This document shows positions 38,572 to 50,200 of a stretch of 64,000 nucleotides of DNA, piece after piece; within the stretch, counting starts at the first letter, position 1, and each line of letters opens with the position of its first letter. A program made the position numbers and the translations under genes. The notes under the pieces were generated by a model. That model saw nothing but the letters and a program-made list of their open reading frames with translations, did not search any database and was not told the DNA's origin. The DNA lies in the IMG/VR virus record IMGVR_UViG_3300042869_000764. One strand, given 5' to 3'. This DNA comes from an uncultured virus (IMG/VR IMGVR_UViG_3300042869_000764). Its lineage: Duplodnaviria > Heunggongvirae > Uroviricota > Caudoviricetes.

Positions 38572-41500
38572 ATGGCAGAATTTAAGATCAGTAGAATTAG
38601 ATATACGTGGAAGAATGAATGGGCAGCTGATTCAACTACGTATTTTAAAGATGATGTGGTGAGGTATGGAGGCAGCACTTGGATATGCCAAAGACAACAC
38701 ACAGCATCCACTTTTGCGGGTGACCAAAATTACTATAGTAATCCTGGAGACACTCAACCGACTCCGGCCTGGATTAAGATGACCGACGGATATGCATGGC
38801 GCGGAAATTGGAATCCTACAACTCTATACAATCCAGGTGATCTAGCACTGTATGGTGGTGTTATCTATATTTGTATTACCAGCCACACGTCTGTAGCAAT
38901 ATTCGACACTAGTTTAATAAATTGGGCTGTATATCTATCAACAGACAATTGGAGATCAGCATGGACGCCAGCTACTAGATACGGTATTGGAGACATTGTT
39001 AGATACAACGGTATTGTTTACAGATGTATTATAGGTCACACTTCATCTACTACAAATTTGGGTTTAGAAATAGGAAACAATGATACCGAAGACGACAGTG
39101 CCGGGGAATTATGGCAAATATACTACGAAGGTATAGAATATAAAGGAACATGGACTGCTACTACTAGATACAGACGCAACGACCTTGTAAAATATGGTGG
39201 TAGTATTTTACGTTGTGTTACAGGACATGTTGCAGGATCTAATATCACCAATGAAAATTTTGTTACAGAATTTTCTGGATTTAATTTTTATCAAAACTGG
39301 AGCAATGCAGTTTATTACGCCATTGGCGACATAGTAAGATATGGAGGATATCTATATATCTCCGTTACCAATCATACCAACAGTTCTAGTATCACCGAAG
39401 ACACTGTAAATTGGAAGGTACTATCAAAAGCCACTGATTTTATGGGCACATGGAGTGCAGATACAGATTATAAAGTTGGAGATGTAGTTCGTCGTGGAGG
39501 AAATCTATACACAGCGATAGCTGATACAGTAAATGATGGCAGTTCTTTGGATTATTTAGATTCCAGTAATTGGGAACTGGTTAATGTGGCTCAAACATTT
39601 AGAGGTAGTTGGATTGTAGGTGCATCGTATAGTCTTAATGAACTTGTGGTATTTAAAGGCAATACCTATAAGGCCACAGTTGAACACATTGCTGCCAATG
39701 CTAATTTTCCGGGAGATAACGGCGAGGGTATAAATTATTGGGATCTCGTGCTTCAGGCAGGTTCAGAAATAGGAATGTCGCAGCGTGGGGATTTATTAAC
39801 CTTTGACCTTTCAAGATCAATCGTAGGTGACGGCAGCACGTTTGGTCTCACTAGTGTTCCGGTTGGATTAGAAAATCAAGTTGTTATAGCAAATCAAGAA
39901 AGCAGTATTGACTACGCATACTGGGGAGATCTAGCTAGAGTAAGATACGTGGATCCTACAGGTGTCGATGATTACACCAATCCAGAAAGAGGCACCAGTC
40001 AATTCTTGCCTTGGAAAACTATTAGATTTGCCTGTGAACAGGTTAATGATGGCTACAATGGACATACCACCATCAAGGTTGCTGTAGGTGAATACACGGA
40101 ATTAACTCCGATTATTGTGCCACCTAAAACAGTGATACTAGGTGCTGAACTTCGTAGCACAACAATAAAGCCATCGAGCCCAGTGCTATCGGCTACAGAT
40201 CGCACACGACATATAGCTGTGTTAAATAGAATTTCCGGAATAATACAAGCGATTATAGCAGGAACTCCAATCAGTCCAGCGAAATCTGTGGGTAATTCTT
40301 TGAATCAAGTGATTTTGACAGAATCGATTCAAGTATCATTTAACCCACCAATATTTGACCCTGAGAATCCGCTAAATGAGATACTAAACACAGTTATTCA
40401 GCCTATCACTACCAGCAGTGCTGCTGCTGTGGCAATACAAAACAAAATCACAGATATAATTTCCTACATCAATTTTTATGTAAACAGTTCTGGTTCAAAT
40501 CCTGCAGTAGTAGGCACTAATACTGCACAGACTTCTACAGCATACACCAATACTGTGTTGGTGTTAGAAGCCAACAAGAATTTTATCATTGCAGAAGCTG
40601 TGGCCTACATGCAGGCCACATATCCTACATATGATTTTGATGCGGATATGCTGCGACACAGTATTCGTGGATATGTAGATGCTTGGAAATATGATATCAT
40701 ATATACAGGCAATTACAAATCTTTGTTAACAGCAAGATATTATAGAAATCAAATACTAGGATGCACAAATACCGAAGACATGTTCTATGTGAGAAATGCT
40801 ACCGGAATACGCAACTGCACTTTGAAGGGATTAGAATCAACCCTGAATCCGCCTGTGGCCTTTGATCTATATCAGATACCGCTGGGAGGTGCCTATGTGT
40901 CGCTGGATCCAGGATGGGGACCAAACGATAATAGTACCTGGATCACTACTCGATCTCCTTATATTCAAGGTGTTACTACCATAGGCACAGGCTGTGTTGG
41001 ACAAAAGATCGACGGTGCTCTGCACAACGGAGGCAATAGATCTATTGTTAGCAACGACTTCACACAGGTCTTAAGTGACGGAATCGGAGCTTGGGTGCGT
41101 AATAACGGTCGAGCAGAATTGGTTTCGGTGTTCACATATTATTGTCATATTGGATATTTTGCCGAAGACGGTGGTGTTATACGAGCCACAAACGGCAACT
41201 GTTCTTATGGTACGTATGGCGCCATCGCAGACGGCATCGATGCCTCAGAAACACCAGTCATAGCAAGGAACTATACCAGAGCTCAACAGGCCATTGTGGC
41301 AGCAGCTTTTGCTGGAGATTTTGTTGACGAAATACAGATTTTAGAATGGGCAAATATGGGTCAGGATTATACCTCGGCTACTGCAACGTTTGCTGGTGCT
41401 GGCGTCAATGCCAGTGTGGTTTTTGAAGAGTTCAGAGATGATGCTGTGTTTGAAGCACGACGACTTGATGTCAATGCCGGCACCACTCAAATAGCACAAG

Positions 41501-44187
41501 AAATTGGCGGCAGTGGTTATGTAGTAGTACAGAACAATGCACAAGGTGGCGATGCAACAACAATTACCATAGCCACCAATGATGCCAACTCTATCGCAGA
41601 ATATCTTGGCATGCGGATAATTCTTACCAGCGGTGCAGGCACAGGACAGTATGGGTATATTACTGCATATGATAACGTCACTAAAGTGATGAGTGTGGCT
41701 AGAGAATCCGATGATCAACCGGGCTGGGATCATGTGGTGCCTGGAAAACCAGTCACAGTTCCGTTGTTGACCAACACCACATATAGAATAGAACCTAGAG
41801 TAATATTTTCTGCTCCGGTGTACTCAGCCCAAGAAATTACAACTCCTGCTACTACAACATGGTCAGAAATTGTGTTTGGTGACACTACTGAAACTTATAC
41901 AAACATAGCGGTTAATGAATCAGGCACTGGCACTACTATAGATATTGTTGCTGCGTTAGCTACGTTTGACATAGTGAAACAAGGTAGAAATTACACACTG
42001 ACTATCAACAATGCAGGTGCAGGATATGAGGCTGGACAGCTACTAACCATAGACGGTAACCTTATAGGTGGAGCTACACCGATCAACGATTTATTAATTT
42101 TAGTTACTGATGTTAGTGATGACAGCACAAATTCTATACTGTCCGCACAACAAAAGACCTACGGCACAGGAGAAGACAATCTAGCAGCCAGCGGTAGATT
42201 TGTGGTGGTATCTACTGCCGGTAGTGCTGCTATGTATAGTTCAGATGGCACCAACTGGACTACATTCAATATGCCTACTGTAGGTGATTGGAAATGTCTA
42301 GCAGCAGGCAGAGTAACTTATCCAACATTAGGTAATCATTTATTTGTAGCAATTCGAAAAGGCAGCGCAGTAGCAGCAAGTTCTACAGATGGCATAAATT
42401 GGATCACAAGAAGCATGCCAGCATCTCGCCAATGGAATTCCTGTATCTACGGTGGCGGTTTATTTATTGCTGTGGCCACAGACTCTAACTCAGCAGCCTA
42501 CAGTCTCAATGGCACTACCTGGAGTTCACTGGTGTTACCCTCATTCGGCGATTCTACACTAAACGAATGGGTGGACGCGGCCTATGGCAAGCAGAGATAT
42601 GTGGCATTAGCCAACAGTGGAAACATCGTGGCAGTAGGCACATATAACAGCACATTAAACACATGGTCATGGACAGGCCATATCATGGATGTGGTCGCAG
42701 ACTCCAGCGCCAAAGATTGGGTCAGCATTGCCTACGGCAACGGTAGATTTGTTGCAATTTCCAGCACAGGCGATGTTGCCTACAGCTTCGATGGCAATGA
42801 TTGGTTGCCTGCTGTTATGCCGTCACAAGATGGCAGCACCGCACACAACTGGAAAAAAATTAGATATGCACAAGGTGTGTTCTTTGCAGTGGGAGACACC
42901 GGATTTAGAACAGTCGGTAATGATCCAACGTCGGGTCTCACTAATTTTGCAGCAACCAGTTTTGACGGTGTTGTATGGACCTCAAGAACACTAGCTAGTA
43001 TACAGTCATGGCAGTCAGTGGCATTTGGCACTCCGTACGTAGATCTTAGAGACTCCACAGTAGGAAACAATACACCTACATGGATCGCTATTGATAATTC
43101 AAATAAATTTAACAAGATACAAACTGGTGCAAGAGCATTAGGGCGTGTGACAATCGCTAGTGGAGTAATAAGCGGTGTGAAATTATGGGATCCAGGATCC
43201 GGATATACCGAAGGGCCTACCTGCACATTTGTCGATCCCAACAACAATAGAGATGCAAAAATTGAATGCCGCACTGGAGACGGAGTATTAGCACAGCCAA
43301 GTTGGCTGAATCGGGGACTAGGATATAGAACACTATCTACTAGAGTAACCGTATCTGGTGACGGATTTGCAGATGTGATTCCCACTGGAAAATTTATTGT
43401 TATCAACGATTTAGATGCATATCCAGGACCTGGAGCAAATTTAGTAATTTCAGGACTCAGCGGATCATACACTCTTGTGACCATCGAAGAACTAGGTCTC
43501 ACAGACAGAGGGCTGGCAGCAAGAATACGTGTAACACCAGAAATTAAAGCTCGTGATAATTTACAACATCTCACAGAAATAACTATTAGAACACGATTCA
43601 GCCAGTGCAGAATTACAGGTCATGATTTCTTAGACATAGGCACAGGCAATTTTGAAGAAACTAATTATCCAGAATTATACAGTGGATTTTATGAACCACA
43701 GCCTTTTAATGAAATAGTAGAAGAAGATCGAGGTAGAGTGTTTTATACCTCAACAGATCAAAGTGGTAACTTTAGAGCAGGCGAGTTGTTTGCAGTTGAA
43801 CAATCCACAGGAACTGTGACAATTAGTTCTGATTTCTTTGATCTTTCTGGACTCACTGAACTGCGACTCGGTGGAATTAGAATTGGTGGAACTGGCGCAG
43901 TAGTTAGAGAATTTTCTACTGATCCGTTGTTCATAGCAGATTCTAATAACATTGTCCCAACCCAAAGAGCCATAGCTGCTTATCTAGCAAATAGACTCAG
44001 CGTAGGGGGGTCGGAAATTGCAGTAGGCAGTTTTATAGCAGGAACTGTGTTAGTAGGACCTGATAGAATCAATAACACTGCAGGACTACGTGTTATTGTG
44101 CCGGTATTAGCGGAATTTAACATGGCAAATTCAGGAATAAGTGGCAGCATGTTGGCCCAGACAATGTTTTACAGATCGTTCAAGTAA
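38572..44187 (+). CDS. Giant fibre/structural protein (1871 aa)
   Basis: About 7-8 W-x5-Y-x3-D-x-V-x-YGG-x2-Y-x-C-x3-H-T repeats (CBM5/12-like), PWKTIRFACE beta-helix entry, SxDGxxW propeller-like repeats. Confidence 0.75.
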   Translation: MAEFKISRIRYTWKNEWAADSTTYFKDDVVRYGGSTWICQRQHTASTFAGDQNYYSNPGDTQPTPAWIKMTDGYAWRGNWNPTTLYNPGDLALYGGVIYICITSHTSVAIFDTSLINWAVYLSTDNWRSAWTPATRYGIGDIVRYNGIVYRCIIGHTSSTTNLGLEIGNNDTEDDSAGELWQIYYEGIEYKGTWTATTRYRRNDLVKYGGSILRCVTGHVAGSNITNENFVTEFSGFNFYQNWSNAVYYAIGDIVRYGGYLYISVTNHTNSSSITEDTVNWKVLSKATDFMGTWSADTDYKVGDVVRRGGNLYTAIADTVNDGSSLDYLDSSNWELVNVAQTFRGSWIVGASYSLNELVVFKGNTYKATVEHIAANANFPGDNGEGINYWDLVLQAGSEIGMSQRGDLLTFDLSRSIVGDGSTFGLTSVPVGLENQVVIANQESSIDYAYWGDLARVRYVDPTGVDDYTNPERGTSQFLPWKTIRFACEQVNDGYNGHTTIKVAVGEYTELTPIIVPPKTVILGAELRSTTIKPSSPVLSATDRTRHIAVLNRISGIIQAIIAGTPISPAKSVGNSLNQVILTESIQVSFNPPIFDPENPLNEILNTVIQPITTSSAAAVAIQNKITDIISYINFYVNSSGSNPAVVGTNTAQTSTAYTNTVLVLEANKNFIIAEAVAYMQATYPTYDFDADMLRHSIRGYVDAWKYDIIYTGNYKSLLTARYYRNQILGCTNTEDMFYVRNATGIRNCTLKGLESTLNPPVAFDLYQIPLGGAYVSLDPGWGPNDNSTWITTRSPYIQGVTTIGTGCVGQKIDGALHNGGNRSIVSNDFTQVLSDGIGAWVRNNGRAELVSVFTYYCHIGYFAEDGGVIRATNGNCSYGTYGAIADGIDASETPVIARNYTRAQQAIVAAAFAGDFVDEIQILEWANMGQDYTSATATFAGAGVNASVVFEEFRDDAVFEARRLDVNAGTTQIAQEIGGSGYVVVQNNAQGGDATTITIATNDANSIAEYLGMRIILTSGAGTGQYGYITAYDNVTKVMSVARESDDQPGWDHVVPGKPVTVPLLTNTTYRIEPRVIFSAPVYSAQEITTPATTTWSEIVFGDTTETYTNIAVNESGTGTTIDIVAALATFDIVKQGRNYTLTINNAGAGYEAGQLLTIDGNLIGGATPINDLLILVTDVSDDSTNSILSAQQKTYGTGEDNLAASGRFVVVSTAGSAAMYSSDGTNWTTFNMPTVGDWKCLAAGRVTYPTLGNHLFVAIRKGSAVAASSTDGINWITRSMPASRQWNSCIYGGGLFIAVATDSNSAAYSLNGTTWSSLVLPSFGDSTLNEWVDAAYGKQRYVALANSGNIVAVGTYNSTLNTWSWTGHIMDVVADSSAKDWVSIAYGNGRFVAISSTGDVAYSFDGNDWLPAVMPSQDGSTAHNWKKIRYAQGVFFAVGDTGFRTVGNDPTSGLTNFAATSFDGVVWTSRTLASIQSWQSVAFGTPYVDLRDSTVGNNTPTWIAIDNSNKFNKIQTGARALGRVTIASGVISGVKLWDPGSGYTEGPTCTFVDPNNNRDAKIECRTGDGVLAQPSWLNRGLGYRTLSTRVTVSGDGFADVIPTGKFIVINDLDAYPGPGANLVISGLSGSYTLVTIEELGLTDRGLAARIRVTPEIKARDNLQHLTEITIRTRFSQCRITGHDFLDIGTGNFEETNYPELYSGFYEPQPFNEIVEEDRGRVFYTSTDQSGNFRAGELFAVEQSTGTVTISSDFFDLSGLTELRLGGIRIGGTGAVVREFSTDPLFIADSNNIVPTQRAIAAYLANRLSVGGSEIAVGSFIAGTVLVGPDRINNTAGLRVIVPVLAEFNMANSGISGSMLAQTMFYRSFK

Positions 44188-44220
44188 TGAACAAACTAAA
44201 TATAGAATACGGAGTAGAAA

Positions 44221-47200
44221 ATGGCAGAATTTAAACTAGGTAGAATTAGATTTGTTTGGAAAAACACATGGACCCCATCTACCACTTATTATATTGATGA
44301 TGTGGTAAGGTATGGTGCTCGCACCTATATCTGTGCAGTGGGACATACTTCTGCTTCAGATTTCAACACAGATTTAGAATACAGTCCAACCAAATGGAAT
44401 CAGATGAGCGACGGTCAAAGCTGGACCGGGGACTGGAATGTTAGCACTTTCTACAAACTCAACGACGTGGTCAAATACGGCGGGTTGCTTTATATTTGTA
44501 ATGACAGTCACACTTCAGCAGCTACCACAGCGTCAGGCTTAGAAAATGATCAATCCAAGTGGACTTTGTATGCAGAAGGATTAGATTGGAAAAACGATTG
44601 GACAGTATCCACTCGCTACAAAGTAAATGATCTAGTGCAGTATGGAGGTTATACCTATGTGTGTAATCTTCACCATACTTCTGCAGCTACCGCTGCATCC
44701 GGATTAGAACAAGACCAGGCTAAATGGGATTCATTTAATCCTGGCATAGAATATAAAGGTGATTGGGTAGCTTCTGTAACCAGATACAAAGTCAATGATG
44801 TGGTAAAATATGGTGCCGGCCTGTGGATCTGTGTCACACAGCATACCGCAGACGCTGCATTTTTAACAGATTCTACAGCAGGGCGTTGGAGTCAATTTGT
44901 AGAAGGCACAGAGTATGAAGATACATGGAACAATGCAACTCTGTATCAGCACGGCGACATTGTTAGATATGGCGGTAATCAATACATAGCAAAAACGATT
45001 CATACTGCCGCAGTTGCTTCTGAAACACCACCAACACAGTCATCAAGATGGGACCTCTATACAGAAGGATTTAAATTTCAATCTGTGTGGGCAGCCGGCA
45101 CTTCTTATAAAATTGGTGAAGTAGTTAGTATGGGTGGCTATACCTATTTGGCCTTACAGGATTCTCCTTCAAACACTTACACTGTTACAGCAGTCACAGC
45201 GGCTACAGATACATTTACTATAGCTTCGACAGTAGGTATGGCAGTAGGCATGGCAGTAAGATTTACTGGAACAACATTTGGTAATGTGTTTACCACAGCT
45301 AGATACTATGTAAAAACTGTAGCAGCAGGCAATATCACAGTGAGTACAACACCAGGTGGCACAACCTTCGACATCACTGCAGATGCTGCAGGCACAATGT
45401 CTGCCACTGTATCAGCAGAACCACCTAATGCTACATACTGGTCAAGACTCAACGCTGGTATCAGCTGGCAGGGAGAGTGGTCAGATGACAGAGAATATGT
45501 GTTAGGTGATGCCGTAAGATTTGGTGCTAACGCCTTTATCTGCGTATTGGCACATAGATCAGAAGGTGATGACGGTTCTACTGTAGGTGCAGCAGGTGGT
45601 GGACAAGCTAACAGCAGACCTGATCAAGACAACACAGGAACATATTGGAATATTCTAAACGTCGGCACAGAAACCAGTGTGTTATCAGTGCGCGGCGATC
45701 TAGTCTTTTATGGCGGTAACGGGCCTCAGAGACTACCAATCGGCCGTGAAGGCCAGGTATTAACCTCCACAGGCATCGATCCAGCATGGGTCACTCTAGG
45801 CGAAATAGATCACACCTATTTTGTAGCAACTACAGGCACTGATCTACCATCACCAATACACGGTAGAACCTGGGACAAACCTTGGAAAACTATTCGCTAT
45901 GCTTGCGAACAGGTAGAACGTGGTCCTCGCAATCCCGATGCACGATATTTGTTGGAATTAAATCGTGTGTTCATTCAACGCGAAGTCACAGAATTTATTC
46001 AGAATCAAATTACTAACAACATTGCACCATTTACTTCCGGATTTGTCTACGATGATTTCAAATGCGAACGAGATGTAGGATTTACACTAGATGCGGTAAC
46101 CTATGATCTATGCCATGGTGGTAATATTAAATCACGCGGAGTTGCTAATTCTCTAATCGGCGGACTCAGCGAAGGCGAAACAGAAGCATATCCAGGCTTA
46201 GCAATTGAATCAGACGAATCCGTTGCTGCCTACAACTACATGCTCACAGTTGTTGGAAATGTTTTAGCACAGACAGCTCCAACAATAAATTATCAGACAC
46301 TGAACGGCGACAACTCTACTGCCACAGTAGCTCAATATTTCAACAGCGATCTCACAGCAGAATCTGGAGCATTGGCTAATGTGACAGCAAGTGTTACACT
46401 GATCACAAATGCTATCACAGCTAGAGCAGCAGCGGTTACAGCACCTCAGATAGCAGCCGCCATAGCTAGTGTGCCGGCAAGACGTAGTCCTAGTAATTTG
46501 ATCCAAGTGGCTACCGGACAGTATAGAGAAACATTACCTATTATTGTGCCAGAACAGACCTGTATACAAGGTGACGAATTACGCTCAACCAACGCAGGTC
46601 CTGCAGGTAGCCTGACCAACAGATCCGATGCAGGCTACAGCATAGGAGCATTGACTAGACTGCAAACAGTGGTTGACCAAATTGTTCGAGGAGCCAACGT
46701 TACAGAAAGCTCAGGTAACACTGCAATTCAAAGTGCGTCATTTCCATATGCCAGCACCGAAGAAGCAGCAGATGCAGCACAATTGGTCAGAGTCATGCAG
46801 CATCAAATTGATTTCAAGATCAGTTCCACATTCATGGTGAGTTCCGCAGATCCTACAGGATATAATAGTTCATTCTTATCAGGATTTGGTGATGCAAGAA
46901 CGCTGCTGATTGAAAACAAAGAATTTATCAAAGACGAAATCACAGCGTTCTTAAATGAAAATTATAGCACATTAAAATTTAGTAGAACCAAATGCAAGCG
47001 TGATGTAGCATTTATTGTTGATGCTATGAGCTATGATTTGACCTATGGCGGAACCTGGGCTACACTAGTAGCCGGCACAGCCTACTTTGACGGAGATAAC
47101 AGCTCGGCACTGCAAATTGACAGCACAGAAATCGCCGCAACGGCAGCTGCCTACGGTAGACTAAAAACTATTGTGCAACAGATCATTGCCAATACCACAG

Positions 47201-50200
47201 TAACAAAATCCACAGGCAACACTGCTACTCAATGGACCGACAGCACTAATTTAACGGGTGGAGCAGCAGCTAACGCTACAGTAGGTGCATTGGTAGACAT
47301 CATCACTAACATCATACAAGGTGATAGCACAGAAGCCACAACACCACAGATCACAGTTACTACAATATCTGGTACAGACACACTTACCAGCAACAGTCAT
47401 GGATTAAGTGTAGGAGATGCAGTTGTTCCAAGAGAAACTGGCAACGGGTTAACCAACGGTGTCAAATATTGGGTAGTAGGCACAGTAAACACTAACACAT
47501 TCCAACTGGCAGCTACATATGGCGGCGCAGTGTTAACTACATTTACCAACGGTGCTGGTATTAGCATACCTGTAGAAGTTATAGACTATCCTACTGCTAC
47601 CAATGCCGTGACATCAACAACTGCTTTGATTGCTGCTGCGGTGACATTAGACGCTGCACAAGAAACCATTGTCCAAAATGTTGTAGATGATCTAAATGCA
47701 GTAGCATGGCACACTGACTTTGTAGTAGACGAAACTTCGTTGACCTCGACAGATTTTAGAATCTACGTTGGTAAGCATACTCTCGCACACACCTATGTCA
47801 GTGGTGGAATAGTAACGAAATCCAATGGAACAGAGTTAGCAGTTAGTAACTTTGTCTATAATAACTCTACAGGATATGCGGTAGTGACTACTGCAACACA
47901 CGGATTAGCAGCAGGCGACATTGTTAACATAACAAGTATTACTGTATCTTGCCTATCGTCAGGTGGTACTTCCTTTACTGCGATATTCCCAAGTGCATAC
48001 AAAACTGATGGTGTTACTCCTAAGATTCGATATCTACAAACCAAGTGTATTAGAGATACTCGATTGATTCTAGAAGCTGTGATGTTTGACTTTATGTTCA
48101 ACAGCAACTTCAAATCTAGAGAAGCAGCATACTCATATCTAAGAGCTTCAGCAGCAGAGGTATTTGTAGGTAATCAAAAAACCATTACTAGAGACGCATT
48201 AACTAATGCCAAAACAGAAGCACTGGCCAATGTGGGCGGTAACGCAACTGCACAGGCTCGTATTGAAACACTAATGACCTTAGTAGATGATATCCTTTAC
48301 GGTGCCACTAATGAAGGCAGTCGTTGTGCCACAGGCAACAGAATGATTGACTATGCTGTGCTGCAATTAGAGAGAAATAGAGATTATATAGTTGCAGAGA
48401 TTGATGCTTACATCGATTCAACATATACAACTACAGTAACTAATGCCACAGCAGCCACAGATGTGTTTACCTGCACTAGCACTTCCTGGATGAAACGTAA
48501 TACAGCAGTAAGATTTACAGGAACTGCATTTGGCGGAATTAGCACAGACACTACCTACTATATACAAAACGTTGTAAGTTCAACAACTTTTAAAATTGCT
48601 ACAACTAGAGATTCAAACACAGCATTTAATATTGCATCAAATGCCACCGGATCTATGACAGTAGCATTGTATTACAATAGTGCATCGTGCCTGCGAGATG
48701 TTGGCACTTATATCGATGCGCTAAAATATGATTTGAAATATCCAGGCAACTACAAATCTAGATACGCAGCTAGATACTATGCAAATAGTGTAACAGGCAG
48801 TTTAGAAGAAGACATGTATTATCTCAGGGATGCCACAGGTCTAAGAGATCAAACACTCGAAGGACTTACTGGTGATCTGTTAGCAGAAAATGAATTCGGT
48901 ACTTCTAGAGTAAGTGCAGGAGCATATGCTTCGTTGGATCCAGGATGGGGGCCAGAGGATTATCGTACATGGATTATAACACGTTCACCATATGTGCAGG
49001 GGTTGACCACATTGGGCACAGCGGCTGTAGGTCAAAAGATTGATGGCTCACTGCACAACGGTGGTAATGATTCTATAGTTAGCAACGACTTCACCCAGGT
49101 AATATCAGATGGTATCGGTGCTTGGATTACTAACAACGGTCGTGCTGAACTTGTTTCAGTGTTTACTTACTATGCTCACATTGGATATTTGGCTGAAAAT
49201 GGCGGACGTATCCGCGGAACAAACGGCAACAATTCATACGGAGATTTTGGTTCTGTAGCAGAAGGGGTTGACAACTCTGAAACTGCCGGCACAGCCATAG
49301 TTGATAATAGACTGCAATTTGACGCAGAGATCGATCGTGTTATCACTGACGGATCAGCATTGGTGCAATTAGAATTCACAAATGCAGGTATTGACTATAC
49401 AGAAGTCACTTATACACTCACCGGCGGCGGCTCCGGAGCTATAGTCGAAGCAGATGAATTCCGTGATGACGCTGTGTTTGAAGTTCGAATGTTAGACCTA
49501 ATTGACGACAGCACTAATGCTCCTGAGGCTGAGGGAAATCTTGGCGGATTTGGTTATATCACAAACTCCAACACTGCCCAAGGTGGAACATTGACTTCTG
49601 TAACCATAGCTGCCACAGACGGCGAATCTAGTTCTGCTTACATAGGCATGAAGATAGTGCTCACAGGTGGCGCAGGTGTTGGTCAGTTTGGTATTATCAC
49701 CACATATAATTCAGGTACAAAAGTAGCTGGGCTGATCAAAGAATCCGACGGTACAGCAGGTTTTGATCATTTAGTAGCAGGCACAGCAATTATATCTCCA
49801 GATGCTTCTTCGACATATATCATTGAACCTAGAGTAACGTTCTCAGCGCCTGGATACACCAGCACAGCTGCCACTCTGCCAACCAGCGGAGCCTGGACAG
49901 CAGTGAAATATGGCGAAACTGCTGCGGTGTATACTACAGTCACAGGCACATATACAGGCACAGGAGTAGGAGCCACATTCACCGTGATACGCAATGGATG
50001 GAAATATACACCATCAACACAGAGCGCAGGCACAGGATATACCAGACTAGAAACCATAACAATTTTAGGTAATAGTCTAGGCGGCACAACTCCTGCCAAC
50101 GATTTAATAATTACTATTACCGCAGTGAATTCTACCACAGGTGCTATCTTAGATTTTGATCACTCAGGTTACGGCATAGGTGGCAGATATGTAGCTCTAC